From: Antedon mediterranea
Lineage: Eukaryota; Animalia; Echinodermata
Assembly (NCBI RefSeq): GCF_964355755.1
Contig: NC_092674.1
Span: 26,102,001-26,166,000, forward strand
Reading direction: 5' to 3'
Length of the DNA stretch: 64,000 nucleotides
Under the pieces are notes generated by a model. The model saw nothing but the letters and a program-made list of their open reading frames with translations, was not told where the DNA came from and searched no databases. A program made the position numbers and the translations under genes. Positions 41,755 to 55,382 of this stretch are shown here, piece after piece. Position 1 is the first letter of the stretch. Every line of letters begins with the position of its first letter.

Positions 41755-41980
41755 GGTGGATCACTGCAGGTTAAAAGAGGAAGTTTCATGGCATGCTGGG
41801 AAGATTTTGGGTCAAATGTCACTCAGAGGAGGCATCATCGTCGCGGAAAAACGTAAACAAACATTTTTTTATAAACCATTCTGTATTAAACTTTTCTTTT
41901 TAAGTGAAATATTTGAGATAATGATTATATCTGTGTTTTATCAATGAACACTGGGGTAGACTAGGCAAAGTAAGTAAAGT
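41755..41980. promoter_or_regulatory. RPS3A TCT/5'TOP start (CTTCCTCTTTT on minus strand, 41773-41783) and divergent promoter shared with PDZD11
   Basis: Polypyrimidine initiator ~20 nt upstream of the RPS3A ATG; candidate PDZD11 non-coding-exon donor AA|gtaagt at ~41970. Confidence 0.6.
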
Positions 41981-42417
41981 ATGCCAGCAGCTAGCTAGGC
42001 CTAGTCTTCAAGCTAGCCTCTCTCCAAAAAAAAAAAGACAGACAGAGCCGGACGGAGGGAGGAGGAAGTGGTACTCTCTCCTAGCCTGCTGGGGAAGTTG
42101 ATACTAATAGAAAGATACGCTAGCTAAACTAGGCTAGGAAAGCTCATAAGTGGCAAATGATTAGGCTATGATGAGATGAAAAACATGATTGACCCCTATT
42201 AGCCTAGCCCTAGCTAGGTTAGTGAAGTGTTGGTAATAAAATTAATGATTTATTTATTTTGAAATTGTTTAAATTAAATATTTATAATATTTAATAAATA
42301 TTTTTATATTTTAATGTTTTTAATAAATATTTTTTATTAATTCATTGTTTTTTATTTTGCATAGGCCTAGAGGAGAACATGATTTGTTTTTAATACATCA
42401 TCATATGCAAAAACACT

Positions 42418-45400
42418 ATGGATGAAGATGAGGCCATTCAAGTGTCCCTTCCACCTTATGAATTTCCTCCCCCTTGGATACCACCAGAGCAGGTAGGTTT
42501 TGTGATATTTTTTAACAAACTATACCACCCAATTTCTAAAATGAAAATATTGAAATTAATAATAGCTTTTTGCCAGCTCTCAAAAATCAAGAACAAAACT
42601 GAAAAAAATACTCAGTAAGGCATCTAAACATAAAATATGATTATGAGAGATATGTTATTATACTGTATTAAACATATAATCTGGGATATAATTTAATAAA
42701 CGATGATCACAATTGATTTATTAACTTATTGTTATTTTTACAGAGATGCAGTCATCCTGATTATGCTAGTACTTTGAATCAATTTCTTTCTCGTACAGTT
42801 CGTTTTGCACGATCAAGACAGACCAATCAGGTGCATGACTTGGTTAATTGTTTAAATAAATATAAAATAAAGAATAAACATTTTTTGAAAACTCATCTGC
42901 AATCAATTCTCTCCACACAACTGCTTATAAATTATAGAGGTCTTAACAATGTTTTCATTTTTTAAACAATACCTCTCCCTTTAATTTAGAGCCTTATCTA
43001 CACTATCAAACTTTATGTGACAAAAAAATGATGATGTCATATCACTACCATATTTGAACACAGCAAAGTTTTTTTGTCAAACTAGTTTGATAGTGTAGAC
43101 AGAGCTTTAGGCTATATTAATGTAACCCTCCAAATAGACATAACATCAGATAGAGGAAGGTACAATAACCAACATCATGCATTATATATTATAGTAAACT
43201 TATACATCTAAATACCCTACTGAAAAATTTACCAGTTGGCTGAAGCATTTTAAACACAATTTATTTTTTTAAAGTAAGTAACTACAGTATTAACAGTGTC
43301 ATGATTTCTTTTTGTCATATTTTAGTTTGGTTTTCACATAAAAGGCGGCAAGGAGCATGAGCTGGGTCTTTATGTGTCAAGGGTGAGTGAAAGATTACAA
43401 CATTAAATGAACTAAAATAAATTGTGTACCAAGTTCTTTACCATACATACAGTATGTGTAATGTATCTACACAGGACCAACAGCTTTGCATCCCATCCAA
43501 GGGAATTGGAGTAAAGTATCTTGACTAAAGGTTACAGGCAATATGACACAGACAGGTCTCAAACACATGCCTCTCACATGCTAGTCCTGATATTCCTGAC
43601 CATTAGGCCATACTTCTTAACTCTAATTCACAGTAAGTCTGTACCTGGTAAGAACATAGTGGTCATTTAGGCCTACAATATTAGATACAATCGTAATACT
43701 CCGATTTTTGGGGATTCATTTAAGATGTTGGTCGATCTGCAAACACCTGCTGGCTGGTATGATTGATCAGATTAGATGAAAACTGGCCTAAACCCAAGAC
43801 ACCTTCCCATCTGAGCACAGATAACACTGATTTGTGCTTATAAAAAGAAAACAGTCACAATCATTTTTTGTTTTTCTGTAGGTAATGCAAGACTCAAATG
43901 CATACCGTGTTGGATTGAGAGTGGCAGACAAGATTTTAGTTGTCAATGGTTATAATTTTGAAACATTAGATCATGATGAGGTATAAACAACCGACCAATA
44001 AAATTAAATATATATGTTTAATACTGTGAGGGCGTGTGGCGCAGTGTGTTGGACGAGTGATCATGGTTTGAATCCAACTCTCGCCGCATTGCTTGTATCC
44101 TTACGCAAGACACTTTACTTACATTTAACTCTCTCCACCCAGGTGTATAAAATGGTTAGATCAAGACAAAACTTTGCGCTGATTACTAGCTGCATTATTA
44201 CGCGAGTATGTTTCCATACGTGTATGATTAAAAAAATGACAAGGGTACAGCACATTGAGAGCTTGCTTATATATATAAGAATGAACTATTATTATTATAA
44301 GGCTACTCCTGTTATAAATATAGGATTCTTCTTGTGTATACTATTATAAAATAAATAAATAAATAAAAATAAAATATATTATTATAAATTAAAAAAAGTT
44401 TATACCATATCCATCGTAAATGCAAAATATACAATAAGAATACAAATTAAATACAAAATAATTTGTTAAAAGTTCAACAGAATCAGACATAAAGTCTATT
44501 TTTGTGATGTATTATATAACGATTGTAAAATATCAAGTGTTAAGAAAATGATATACTTGGATCATGGAGGTATAAAAATAGATTTATACCTCCATGCTTG
44601 GATTACGTCTTACAAGATCAATTAATAAAAACAGATATAATTGTTGTGAAATAGATACAATTTAAGAAATTTGACTATGTCATTCCGAAAGAGAAAAAAC
44701 ATTGATAATAGAAAAACAATCATTTGATAATGTATACTGAATTTCAAATGTTTTCTAGGTTTAAGAATTATCCCTTGTTTGCATATCTACTTCATTCACT
44801 TTTCATTGATAAACAACAATTTTAAACATGGACACTGGAGTTTTTGCATGGTGTGCGCCTCAGCAATGTGTTCCAAACGTGATGTGAAAGAGGGCTACAT
44901 AATACAGCATACTCCTCGTTTAGGACACTCTTATTTGGGGGACACCCCCATTAAGGGGACACTTTGTTGGGTCCTAAAAGTGGCTCCTTAATAGGGGTTC
45001 ATGTATATTCATATTTTCTTATTTTTTTTCAGGCAGTTTCTGTTTTAAAAGAAGCTAGAGATATAGAAATGCAAGTGAAATATTTCCCTTATGGTAAGAT
45101 AATACATGTAGTAGAACCTCTATTAAGGGGACACCTTCAGGTCCTATCAAAGAGTCTTAACATAGTGCCTACTCTCCCAAAAACAATTAAAATTAATAAA
45201 ATAGGCCATTTTGTAATTAAGTTAAAGCTGGCAACCTTTTTTTTTTTTTAAATTAGTGTTTTCAGGAAAATATATACCACTGACCAATATAGTTTTGTTA
45301 TTTGATTTTTGGTCAAAGTACATAACTCTATTATGTTACATTAAAATGGCATACTTAAAAAAATAAAATGTTAAATTATTTTTTCAGGGTGGAAATCTGT

Positions 45401-45605
45401 CATAGGGGTGTTTTTAATATAATTTTTTTTTAATAAACATTAAACAATATTTCTTATCTTTTTATTAGGTTATGATAAGCTTTGTCGGATGTCAGAGTTA
45501 CAGCAGAAACGATTAGATTATCAAGAATATGAGGAATATGTTAAAAAAAATTCAACCAATAAAATAAACAGCCCTGTACGAGACAGTACCTCCACCCACT
45601 CGTAA
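42418..45605 (+). CDS. PDZD11: PDZ domain-containing protein 11. Exons 42418-42492, 42744-42830, 43326-43382, 43882-43980, 45033-45093, 45469-45605
   Basis: LPPYEFPPPWIPPEQRCSHPDY..L.QFL.RT, FGFHIKGGK, GL..VS.V..DS.A...GL, AV.VLK.AR.I.MQV.YFPY; matches PDZD11 architecture. Confidence 0.9.
43470..43612 (-). mobile_element. Degenerate tRNA-derived SINE
   Basis: Minus strand reads TGGCCTAATGGTCAGG (A box), GTTTGAGACC (B-box-like), then cctttagtcaagatacttt (CORE-like) and ggatgggatgcaaagctgttggtcc. Confidence 0.5.
44028..44300 (+). mobile_element. tRNA-derived CORE-like SINE; 3' part of a second copy at ~34496-34645
   Basis: GTGGCGCAGTG (A box), GGTTTGAATCC (B box), tccttacgcaagacactttac...ctctccacccaggtgtataaaatgg, (TAT)n tail. 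Shares gctgattactagctgcattat...tgtttccatacgtgt with the 34.5-kb copy. Confidence 0.7.
44563..44596. mobile_element. 34-bp hairpin with 7-bp TSD (P-superfamily micro-element or footprint)
   Basis: CTTGGAT-CATGGAGGTATAAA aataga TTTATACCTCCATG-CTTGGAT. Confidence 0.7.
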
Positions 45606-47483
45606 GCCCCACCAGCTGTAGGAAGTCAGAAAAACACTGGTTAGAAGTCAGCGAGGCACTGGTTAGAAGTTACTTAGCTAAAACTCATTTAAAGAATTAT
45701 GTACACACATGCAAAATTCTAACACACGGAATAAACCTATATTTTCTTATTGACAATCGCAGTAGTCTGCAGCTTCCTTTTAAGCAAATTAAAACACAAC
45801 TAAAGTGTCTAGATGCTGGCCAACGGGTTGTTTGTCTTGTACATAAACAGACTAAAGCTCTGTCTACACTAGTTTGACAAAAAAATGTGTTAGTAATTTG
45901 ACATCATTGTGTCCATATATGGACATATTACATGAGTAAAATTAACCTCCCTGGTAGAGGATACGTAGAAAAAGTTGCTGAATAAACAGTAGATAAATGC
46001 ATTTTCTTATTGCCATGTTAAAGAGAGCTGATACTGTAGATTTTAATAGTAATGCAGTATATTTATATTTCCATATTTTATTTTACTTTATAGATAAACT
46101 ATAGTTTTGTATTGGTAATGATGAATTTTGTAGAATATCTGGAGGTGGGTTTGTTTATTTACACTATTTTGAAGGGCTATGTAGTGTAATAGTGCATAAT
46201 CCATGTATTTTTATTACATGATTGTTTTCCAAATTCTAGATGTACCCTTGAATATAACTACTTGTCAGTTATCTTGTTAAACTTGTCTACACAATCAAAA
46301 TTTATTTGACAAAAAAATGTCAGGTGCCCAGATATGGACATGATGATGTCATATACTGCCATATTTAGTCATATCACTATCATATTTGGGAACATCACAC
46401 CTTTGTTGTCAAACTAGTTTGGTAGTGTAGACAGAGTGTTAGTATTATCATGGAGTTTATAATATGTCATGTTAGTTCATCAGGCCCATGCAGGAATATT
46501 GGGACGTTTATCCTTGCCCCCGCAGGTCATTGCAAATTGAAAGCTTATTATTGACAATTTTAGACTAAAAATAATTATTGATGTGGTTTGTAGTTACACC
46601 TTGAAATGTAATAAAGTTATTTTTTTTTACAATTGAAACATTGTTTTTCTTTAATACTATAAGTTTATATTTATCTAATCAGTGCAGGTAAGTCACAGAC
46701 TAGTCTAGGTTCTAGACTGAAATTAGTAAAAAGATAAATATTTTGGCACATATGGCGTTTCATACGTATAATATATTTTCAGACAAAAAGCAAAACGCCA
46801 ACTAATAGGCCAACATAAAAAAGATAATAACTACAGATTTGGGGCAAAGTCTAGTCACAGACTAGCATGCTTGTATGCACCTGAGTGAAAATAGATGTTA
46901 ATGAAACTGCTTTCTAAGAAAACAAGATGACTAGAACACTTTCACAATTGAATCTACTAATCAATCATATTTCTCTTAATCTCTAGAAAAAATAGTTTGT
47001 ATTTCAAAATGCTACTCTATTACGGTCGCACGTGTTTAGTGTTCGCCGAAGTGAAAGAAAAACCCTCATAAACATCAAATTAGTATGGATTGATACTTAC
47101 ATTAGATTAAGAACAATATTAGTTGGCAATTATTTATGAGATGCTTGTGATTAGAATTGCAATTCGGCAACATAAAAAAAAAACGTTATTTCCATCAAAT
47201 TTAGTTTTCCTTTCGCTTATGCTAATTAACATATTGCATCTTTGTAATTGTATGTAATAAATGAAAGTAATACGTTTTAAAATGTTTAGTGATATGAAAT
47301 TAATGAATGGTATATGTTTGAAATGAGTTTGATTCTAACTTGCATGCGATGCTGCTGTTGGTCTATTAGAAGGTCTAATCTGAAGTAAAACCTCTGAAGT
47401 AAAACCTAACTGAAAACCATGGAACTTTTCTGTACATGAATTAAAGCTGTTCAGTTTGATAAGATGTATATATTTAATAATGT

Positions 47484-47733
47484 ATCGTATATCCTCTGGT
47501 ATAATCCCACCTCACTAAAATTTTGCCGATTTTTGGAGGTGGGACTATGCCCGGGGAAACCCTGGTTTAGGACAAAATGATCATGGTAAAGCATTTCTTT
47601 CTCATCTGAACTGGCCATAAATCATAAAGAGGCCTACATCCAGACCATTGGACTATACCCAGGGTTATGCCTCTTATTGAAATCAGACATAAAGTATAAA
47701 CCAGAAGTGGGATTATACCCGAGGATATACAGT
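47484..47733. mobile_element. Tc1/mariner-like MITE; other TA-flanked MITE relics at ~44902-45005 and 48284-48472
   Basis: Inverted termini gtatatcctc(t/g)ggtataatcccac / gtgggattatacccgaggatatac, TA flanks. Confidence 0.55.
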
Positions 47734-50700
47734 AATTGGAGGAAAACCTTTATGATAATAATATATACAGTATTATATGAATAAAATCCTTTAATAGAAA
47801 TTGACCCAAGGTCATGTACATAAATAACAAACTTCATGACAAGAAAACAAATGGTCATATCATGTTATTTGAATTATTTATTAATTTGGTAACGCGAGAT
47901 TTTAATGTCTTGTGTTCTCGTAAATAATGTTCTGTTTATCGTTTCATCATGTTCACTCGCAGGCGAAAACAAAGCACCACCGTATTATAAAATTCACAAT
48001 ATTAAATGTAAATTTTTAAAATGATTATTGAATTAAAACTGACAACATTTGAAACACATTTGAAACGACAGCAAAAATAAAAGTACAGACAAAAATACAT
48101 TATTTTTCAATATGACCAGTTCATGTGTGAGATTTTAATTTTAGAACGGGTTATTAAATCTACTAGTACTAGATGTAGAATTGACATCCAATAGCTTGCT
48201 TAATCTGACTGTAGGTGGCGAAGTGTTGTCTATAAAAACACAATTAGGTAATTTGGTTGCCTTTGTAACATTAAGTTCACATAATACAATCAACTATCCC
48301 AATACAGGACACCTTTGGGCTGGCCTATATCTGGTTTTCCATTAGGTCTGGTATTTGGAATGTGTTTTTAATGGTAAAAATTAATTTGGGACCTTTTGGT
48401 CCTCAAGAAAAGTCTGGTATTGGGAGAGTTTCTGGTTTTCAGAGAGTACGGTATAGGGGGAGTAGACTGTATATAAATGTAAATTTTTCTGCGCTTCAAA
48501 CAATTAAAAAAAATTGTTTTCCATTTAATGAAAATTGCAGTACACCGTACTACTCTTTAACATCTCTGAAAATGTTATCATTCCAAACGTGGCGTGGTAT
48601 TGAATTACCGCTCAATAAAATAAAATCACATCACAGACAACATCATAGAAAGTCAAACTAAAGTTCATAATATACATCAGAATTCCATTACAATATCCTG
48701 TTCAGAATCAATAAGATTTATCAACAACAAATTCATTACATAGCTCTTTGACGCCATTAAGATTCTATTTGTACTAGAAATTATCTTATAAAGCCGTAAG
48801 TCTAGTCGATTTCTCTCGCTTTTAATTTGATTTATTTAGTAACTTAGAAATCATTCGTATGACGGTTCATGCTATCAGCATAGTTGACCGTGCGTGTAAA
48901 TTAGAATTTTCTATTTTCACAGTTGACTGTGCTGAACAATGTTCAGCAAACCATACATCTAGTATAAATGAAGAACAGATAATGTTTATGTTTTATTCAT
49001 ATCAACAAGCGAACAAACAAAATCAGTATCATTTTTATATCAATCAAATACAATAATGAGTGAGGATAGCAACCAACCGGGTAAATATTCACGGAACTGT
49101 ACGCAAGTACACAGGTTCGTCCCGCTAACTTTTGATGTCGTTTATTCCGGCCTGTACATTTCCGCATCTCTCTGCGTCCCGGGTATGACTCGGGTTACTG
49201 TACATAATTCCGGATCAACTCCGCATTTTTGCTGGTGGTGTAAAAGGGGTATTATTTTTAAAGTCAACCATGCACCATAATTATGTTCTGCCGAACTATA
49301 GGCACACATTCCACTGTGACCTATAAAAACTTTACTATGCCAATATTCAGTTAAAGACCACAACAAATATGTACTGTTCTTTATGAATATGAATTCCGAA
49401 ATAAAGAGAAATTGAATAATATGAAAATATCTACATTACAAATAAAACAAATTCACAAAAGAATGTATATAATCAATTTCATTTATTCAATAAATCGGAA
49501 AGATAATATTATTATTCAATATAGTTACCTCAATTAATGCACTCCTAATTTGCATATTAGAAAGATAAATATAAACTATGACCCTTCACCTTATGAATTG
49601 TACAACAGCACTTGCATAAGAAGTATTAATCACAACAAAATGTACATTAAATATAATTTACTACTAATTTTGAAAATATTTTGCACTTATTAATTTAATT
49701 ACAGCAGTGACATATGGTACAATATGCTGACAATATTGTTTGACAACTTTATATTACTAATAATATTAAATTAAAATATATATGCATTCCATGATTCGAA
49801 TCACATGGCGCAATAAAACATAACATATTACATTTTGTAGATTAATAGATAGTATTTTGTTTGCACATTCATACTGTGTCTGCTATAGCTTTCATCAAAT
49901 GTTATAGCTATCACATGCACTGTTATTAGGAATGTATGAAAGCAGAACAATGTCCTATTGTTAGCCATGCACTATTGCATACAGTATAGAACCTAGTACA
50001 ATGTCCTATTCTTAACCATGTACAAATACATATAGTAACCTAGTACAATATCCTATTCTTAGCATGTATAGTACAATACCGACCGATGATGTAATCAGAG
50101 CCATGGAATACAAGTATTATTTGATCGCATTACCGTACTTAACAACAACCTCTCTAGACAATACTAAATAAAAGTTTGTTATATAACACATATTCAGATC
50201 AAATTTTGAAAATTACAAAGCAGAGGGTAGGCTGTTAAGTTCACTTCATGTCACACACACAATCTCCCCCTACCCTTTTTAAAAATCCTGGATCCTCCAC
50301 AGTAGCATATGTAATGATAAATTTTAATCTGAACATTTCTTTTGAATTTGAAGTAATAATGTCTAAATAAATTTAATCACAATTATATCTAATTAATGTC
50401 TGTATATTGGCAAATAGTATGAACCAATAAAACAAATAAGGAAGGGGGAAGGTGTGTAACACAATAATGCAAATTCTCCTGCTTTAAAAACAATATTGCA
50501 TGCATTCGTTGATCCACTAGAAATAGTAAGAAAAATTCAAACCCAGTCATTTGATGTGAAGATAACCATGTTATTCAGAAAAAAAAGGATTAAATGTCCA
50601 TATTATTTTGACACAGAAAAAATGTGTTAAGCCTTTCAAGCGATGCTATTAAATTCAGTATACACAATCTATAAATTTCATTCTAAAATTAGAAAATTAA

Positions 50701-52021
50701 TTTAATATTAATATGTAAATGAATTTTGATTTGTTTGCCTTTAGTATACAGACAAGAATTCATTATTGACGCAACTCCTAGGTAGGCACGTCAATATTAA
50801 TTCATTAAATTGTTTTTCATAGCAAACTGAATAATTCACAGGAAATATTCTCCGACTGGAGAAATCAACATTGATGAATCATTCAAGAAAGCTTACGACA
50901 AATCTGCCTTAAATAAAACGATTTTGAATTAAATTTGTTGTGTTATCTTAGTGATAACAACTAATGTGTATGTAATATTGTCAGTGATATTAAATGTTCA
51001 GTGTTCTGTGTATTGGTAATAAAGGTATGGTCTTGAAAAAGTAAATTTTCTTGAGCTCAAAAAAGACCATTCAAATTAATTCATACTCATAGCCTAATAA
51101 AGTATTAAAGGCCCTGTTTTGGGAATTTTAGCATGATACACTAGCATCTTGGTCACATACTGTAATTAATCTTATGTCTCTTAATTACCAAAGTTACAAG
51201 ATAGGTGCTACTGTCACATACTTTCCCAGAGACATTTCTGAAAAATGAAAATTCTAAAAAAAAAACATAGTTTCTTTCAGTATTTACATTTCTGTAATCT
51301 ACAGTATATCCGTTTTTCTTCCACAAATTCCAAAATTATGTAGCCCTCTGGATCATAATTGGTTGGATTATCCTTATGATTACCACACTTAACTCTCTAA
51401 CCAATTAAATTAATGCACTAAATTATTAAAATAATTAATATTACATTTGTACACTATAATAGATAAAACTCTCAAATTCGTAAGTTTTAATGTGATTCCT
51501 TTCATTAATTAATAATGAATATTCATACATCACATGTCATTGGCACAGATACCTATTGAAATCCAAAAACTAATTTATTAAAATAAATTAGTTCAATTTA
51601 ATGTGATTTATATTCATGCCTGGTGCACATAATTATTCTACAAAAAAAAAAGAAGCAGTATTTTATCTTGTTAAACAAAACATAAAATTGGCGGGATTAC
51701 AAACTAACATCTAATAAAATTTAAAATGTAACATTTAACTATTTAAAGTTTCTTACGACTACATTCAACAATTATAATATCTGGAAGACATGTATAGTTA
51801 TTTGTTATTACTAAACAGACAAGGCAAAACAATATGTACTTTAAAATAATACCTAACAAAGGAAATACAGAATAGTCTACACATGGTCTACACTAGCAAA
51901 CTCAGGAGTTCGCTCAACTTTGCAAAGTTTGCCTGTGTAAATGGAGTTTAGCAAGAAAAGTTGGTTAGGTCGTAGACCAGAGATAAACTTTAGCAAACTA
52001 TAGAAAAACACAAGAGCCTTA

Positions 52022-52392
52022 CACTAGCAACATTTGGTTTACTAACTTGAGCAAACTTTGGTTTGCTAACTTGAGCAACCTTTGGTTTGCTAACTTGAGC
52101 AAACTTTGGTTTACTAACTTGAGCAACCTTTGGTTTGCTAACTTGAGCAAACTTTGGTTTACTAACTTGAGCAACCTTTGGTTTACTAACTTGGGCAACC
52201 TTTGGTTTGCTAACTTGAGCAAACTTTGGTTTACTAACTTGAGCAACCTTTGGTTTGCTAACTTGAGCAAACTTTATTTTGCTATTAATTTGGGCAAACT
52301 TTGGTTTACTGACTTCAGCGACCGTTGGTTACTAACTTGAGCAAACTTTGGTTTGCTAACTTGAGCAAACTTTGGTTTGCTAACTTGAGCAG
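52022..52392. repeat. 24-bp tandem minisatellite (~15 units; (A/G)CTAACTTGAGCAA(A/C)CTTTGGTTT)
   Basis: Direct tandem units; produces the 8-aa periodic spurious ORFs at 52019-52462. Confidence 0.9.
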
Positions 52393-55123
52393 AAGTTAAG
52401 TCATGCATCTTTTTGACAAAACCTTTGCTGAGATTTGGGAACTTCAGTGAATCAAACCACATATTGTCACATGGTCATGAAGATGGAAAACGAAACGAAT
52501 AGTTACAAAACTTCTCTAAACAGTGAGAGTGAAATCGAGAGTTTTGGTGAAGTTTGTAGACTACAACAAAAACAATAAGCAATAATTATAGAACAACAAA
52601 ATCTTTGGGGAATTTTGTAGTGTGAAAAGACAGCTATAGTGAAAGAAAAACGAAAAACTTTAGCCAAAATCTATATAACCTTTTAGCCATGTTATAAAGA
52701 AGTAGTGGCACTGGAATGGAAAAAAAAAACATAGAACCATCATATGGAACACAGGTTGGACAGTACTGCATCTAGTCAAGTGTTTCACCAACTTGCTTAG
52801 AATGAGATAAGGATGTATAAGTGTGTGAAAACCGTTCTAGTCATAATTTGAAAATACACCCAACTCTCCCAATACTGATCACACTAAAGGCTAATCTAAT
52901 ATGTATGGTTTTCTGGAAAGTGTGGTATTTGTGTGGTGTATTTTTAATGTTAAAAAAGAATTTTGGATCTCAAGAAAATTTCAGTTTTTTTCGAGTGTTC
53001 TTGTTTTCAAAGAATCCCGTAATGGGAGAGTTGACTGTGTATATGAAATTACTCCATAAATTCAAATTTCTGTGGCACATACTAGAAATGCACAATCTCA
53101 ACAGAAATCTAGTAGCTAAAAACATTAGCCAAAAAAAAGAAGCATTTTTAAAAGAGTGTAAACGAATTTGGAACAGGAGAGAAAAGGTTGTGGGAGAGAT
53201 TTTAAAGATTTTTTCAATCATATGTACAGTTTTAGGAGTTCCAATAAAATGTTTATCAGCAACAAAAACTTCTTATTCACATGGCAATATGTTTCTAAAA
53301 CTTATAACTTACAATACTGTATGATTTAAATAATAGGTTTCTTTTAAAGCCCACACAACATACAGTATATCTGGCTCAATAAATGTATAGTTTATATGTT
53401 GGAATGTTGTATGTTGGCAATGTATCTATTTGGAATGTTATGATTTTGATTTGGTGGTTTATCCAACACATAATACACCATAATTACAATAGACACCTTC
53501 TTCTTCCCTATTGAAGGCAAACCCCTATTCAAATGACACACCTATACACTATAGTCAACCTATGTTAAATGAACACTTTTTTAAACCTGCTGTGTCTTAA
53601 TAAAGGACAGTGCTATCACTGGCTAAACCAAGAGGCCCCACTGCTTAAGCCAGAGCAACTAACCAGCATTGGAGGGCCCTTGGAGTGCTAAAGTACCTTT
53701 TCCCCCTGTGTTATGCCACTAATAGGGGATCTATTATTATCAGTCTATTGAAAAATAAATCCATGTGCATAATAGGCCACTCAAATTAATTGGGAAATGA
53801 TTGAAGTTTATTAGTATCTGGCTACTGTAATAATGAATTAATTTAAAACCATCAGTTCAAATATTGAATTATTTATGGAGAGATAATCAAGTGGTATATA
53901 CTGTACCGCAATATGTGGGAAATTGCAAACAATGTCAGTAGTTAGGTAATTTATTAATATATTATTAGGAATAAATTTAAATAATAAATACACAAACTAA
54001 AATGGAATGAAGTGATCCAGCATCTTTGATGATAATGGTAACTGATTTTAACAAGTTAGGCGTAAAAATAGATTTTAAAAGTCGTAGTAAACCATACTGT
54101 ACCATCTCAAAAAATTTAACTCGATTGAAAATTAAAGTTATTAACATCTTGAAAATATATATTTTTTTCGAATTGCAATAAAAGAACATCATAACATTGT
54201 TTGATTACAAAAAAACTTCTGAAACCAAAGTGTTTTTGGAGCAATGGAAAAAATGTTTGTTTTGTTTTGTTTAGATAACTGATAAAAATAAAATACTATA
54301 TTGGCACAGAAAAAATTAGTGAAATCAAAAAAAATGTGTTTGTTGTTTTAAATAACTGAAATAAAATACTATATTGGAACAGAAAAAGATAAACATGTTG
54401 TTTTAGATAAACAAAAAAAGTGATAGAAATAAAATTAAAATTTTTTTTAAATAATATAGATTTGTTTGGTTGTAATTGTAAAAATATTCAAACAGAAAAA
54501 GATAAGCATGTTGTTTTAGATAAAAAAAGTGATAGAAATAAAATACTAAATTCAATTTTTTTTAAATAATATAGATTTGTTTGGTTGTAATTGTAAAAAT
54601 ATAATTTTTCATTTTGATGAAGAAATAGGCCAAAGTCACTTCATCCGGTAAGTTTAGCATGTAATGCATTGCAGATGCTATTATATTGCAATTGAAGTGT
54701 TGCGAGTTAAATAAATAAGCACAGATGTTGAGTAACAAACAAAAGTCAATACACTATTAAACAATAGTCTTATCAGTGGTTAAAAGAAAATTGTACAGAT
54801 TTATTACATGCACTTAACAAAATCAGAAGCTTCTATATTTAAAATTTGAATTGAATTCATAGACTATACCATTTGTGGAGAGGGGTGCTCAATGAAAATT
54901 TCTACTTTTGCTCTTCGTGGAGAAAGGGCTATTTTCAGTTTATCCAGGTAAGCTAGGCACGAACAAACCTACAATATTTCTCCATGAAACAGTATAACCC
55001 AATGATAGAGGTCATGTAAAATAGTAAAAAGGTAATTATTTTACTAATCCCAAAACAAACATAACTGATCTTTTAATTCCAAAATGAAATCAACAATTTA
55101 CATTTTTGGTACTTTGGTATAAA

Positions 55124-55166
55124 CATGGTGGAAACATATATAAATATATATATATATTTCTCCATG
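55124..55166. mobile_element. 43-bp imperfect hairpin with 7-bp TSD (P-superfamily micro-element or footprint)
   Basis: GTATAAA-CATGGTGGAAACATATA..(TA)n..TATATTTCTCCATG-GTATAAA. Confidence 0.6.
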
Positions 55167-55382
55167 GTATAAAGGTCCTTTCATACGCATGATAAAACTA
55201 AATTAATGACAAATTTGACGTTTTAACAAGGAATTTGATTATAAAGAAAAAATATGGTACCTAAAATACAAATAATATTAATTAAACAATCAGAAATAAT
55301 AGGTGGAATATTGTACACTATAGGAAATGTCTTACATCATAACCTTAACTACTATAATATTGCCTAGACTCACACACCGTCG

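Noticed and set aside
52022-52392. Regular repeat array resembling a CRISPR array or repeat protein
   Set aside because: Units are contiguous with no unique spacers, the context is eukaryotic and there are no cas genes; the ORFs are artefacts of the 24-bp period.
52821-53324. 167-aa ORF
   Set aside because: AT-rich, no recognisable domain or splice structure; likely a degenerate repeat.
54240-54605. ~110-bp local tandem duplication
   Set aside because: AT-rich intronic duplication with no structural or coding signal.
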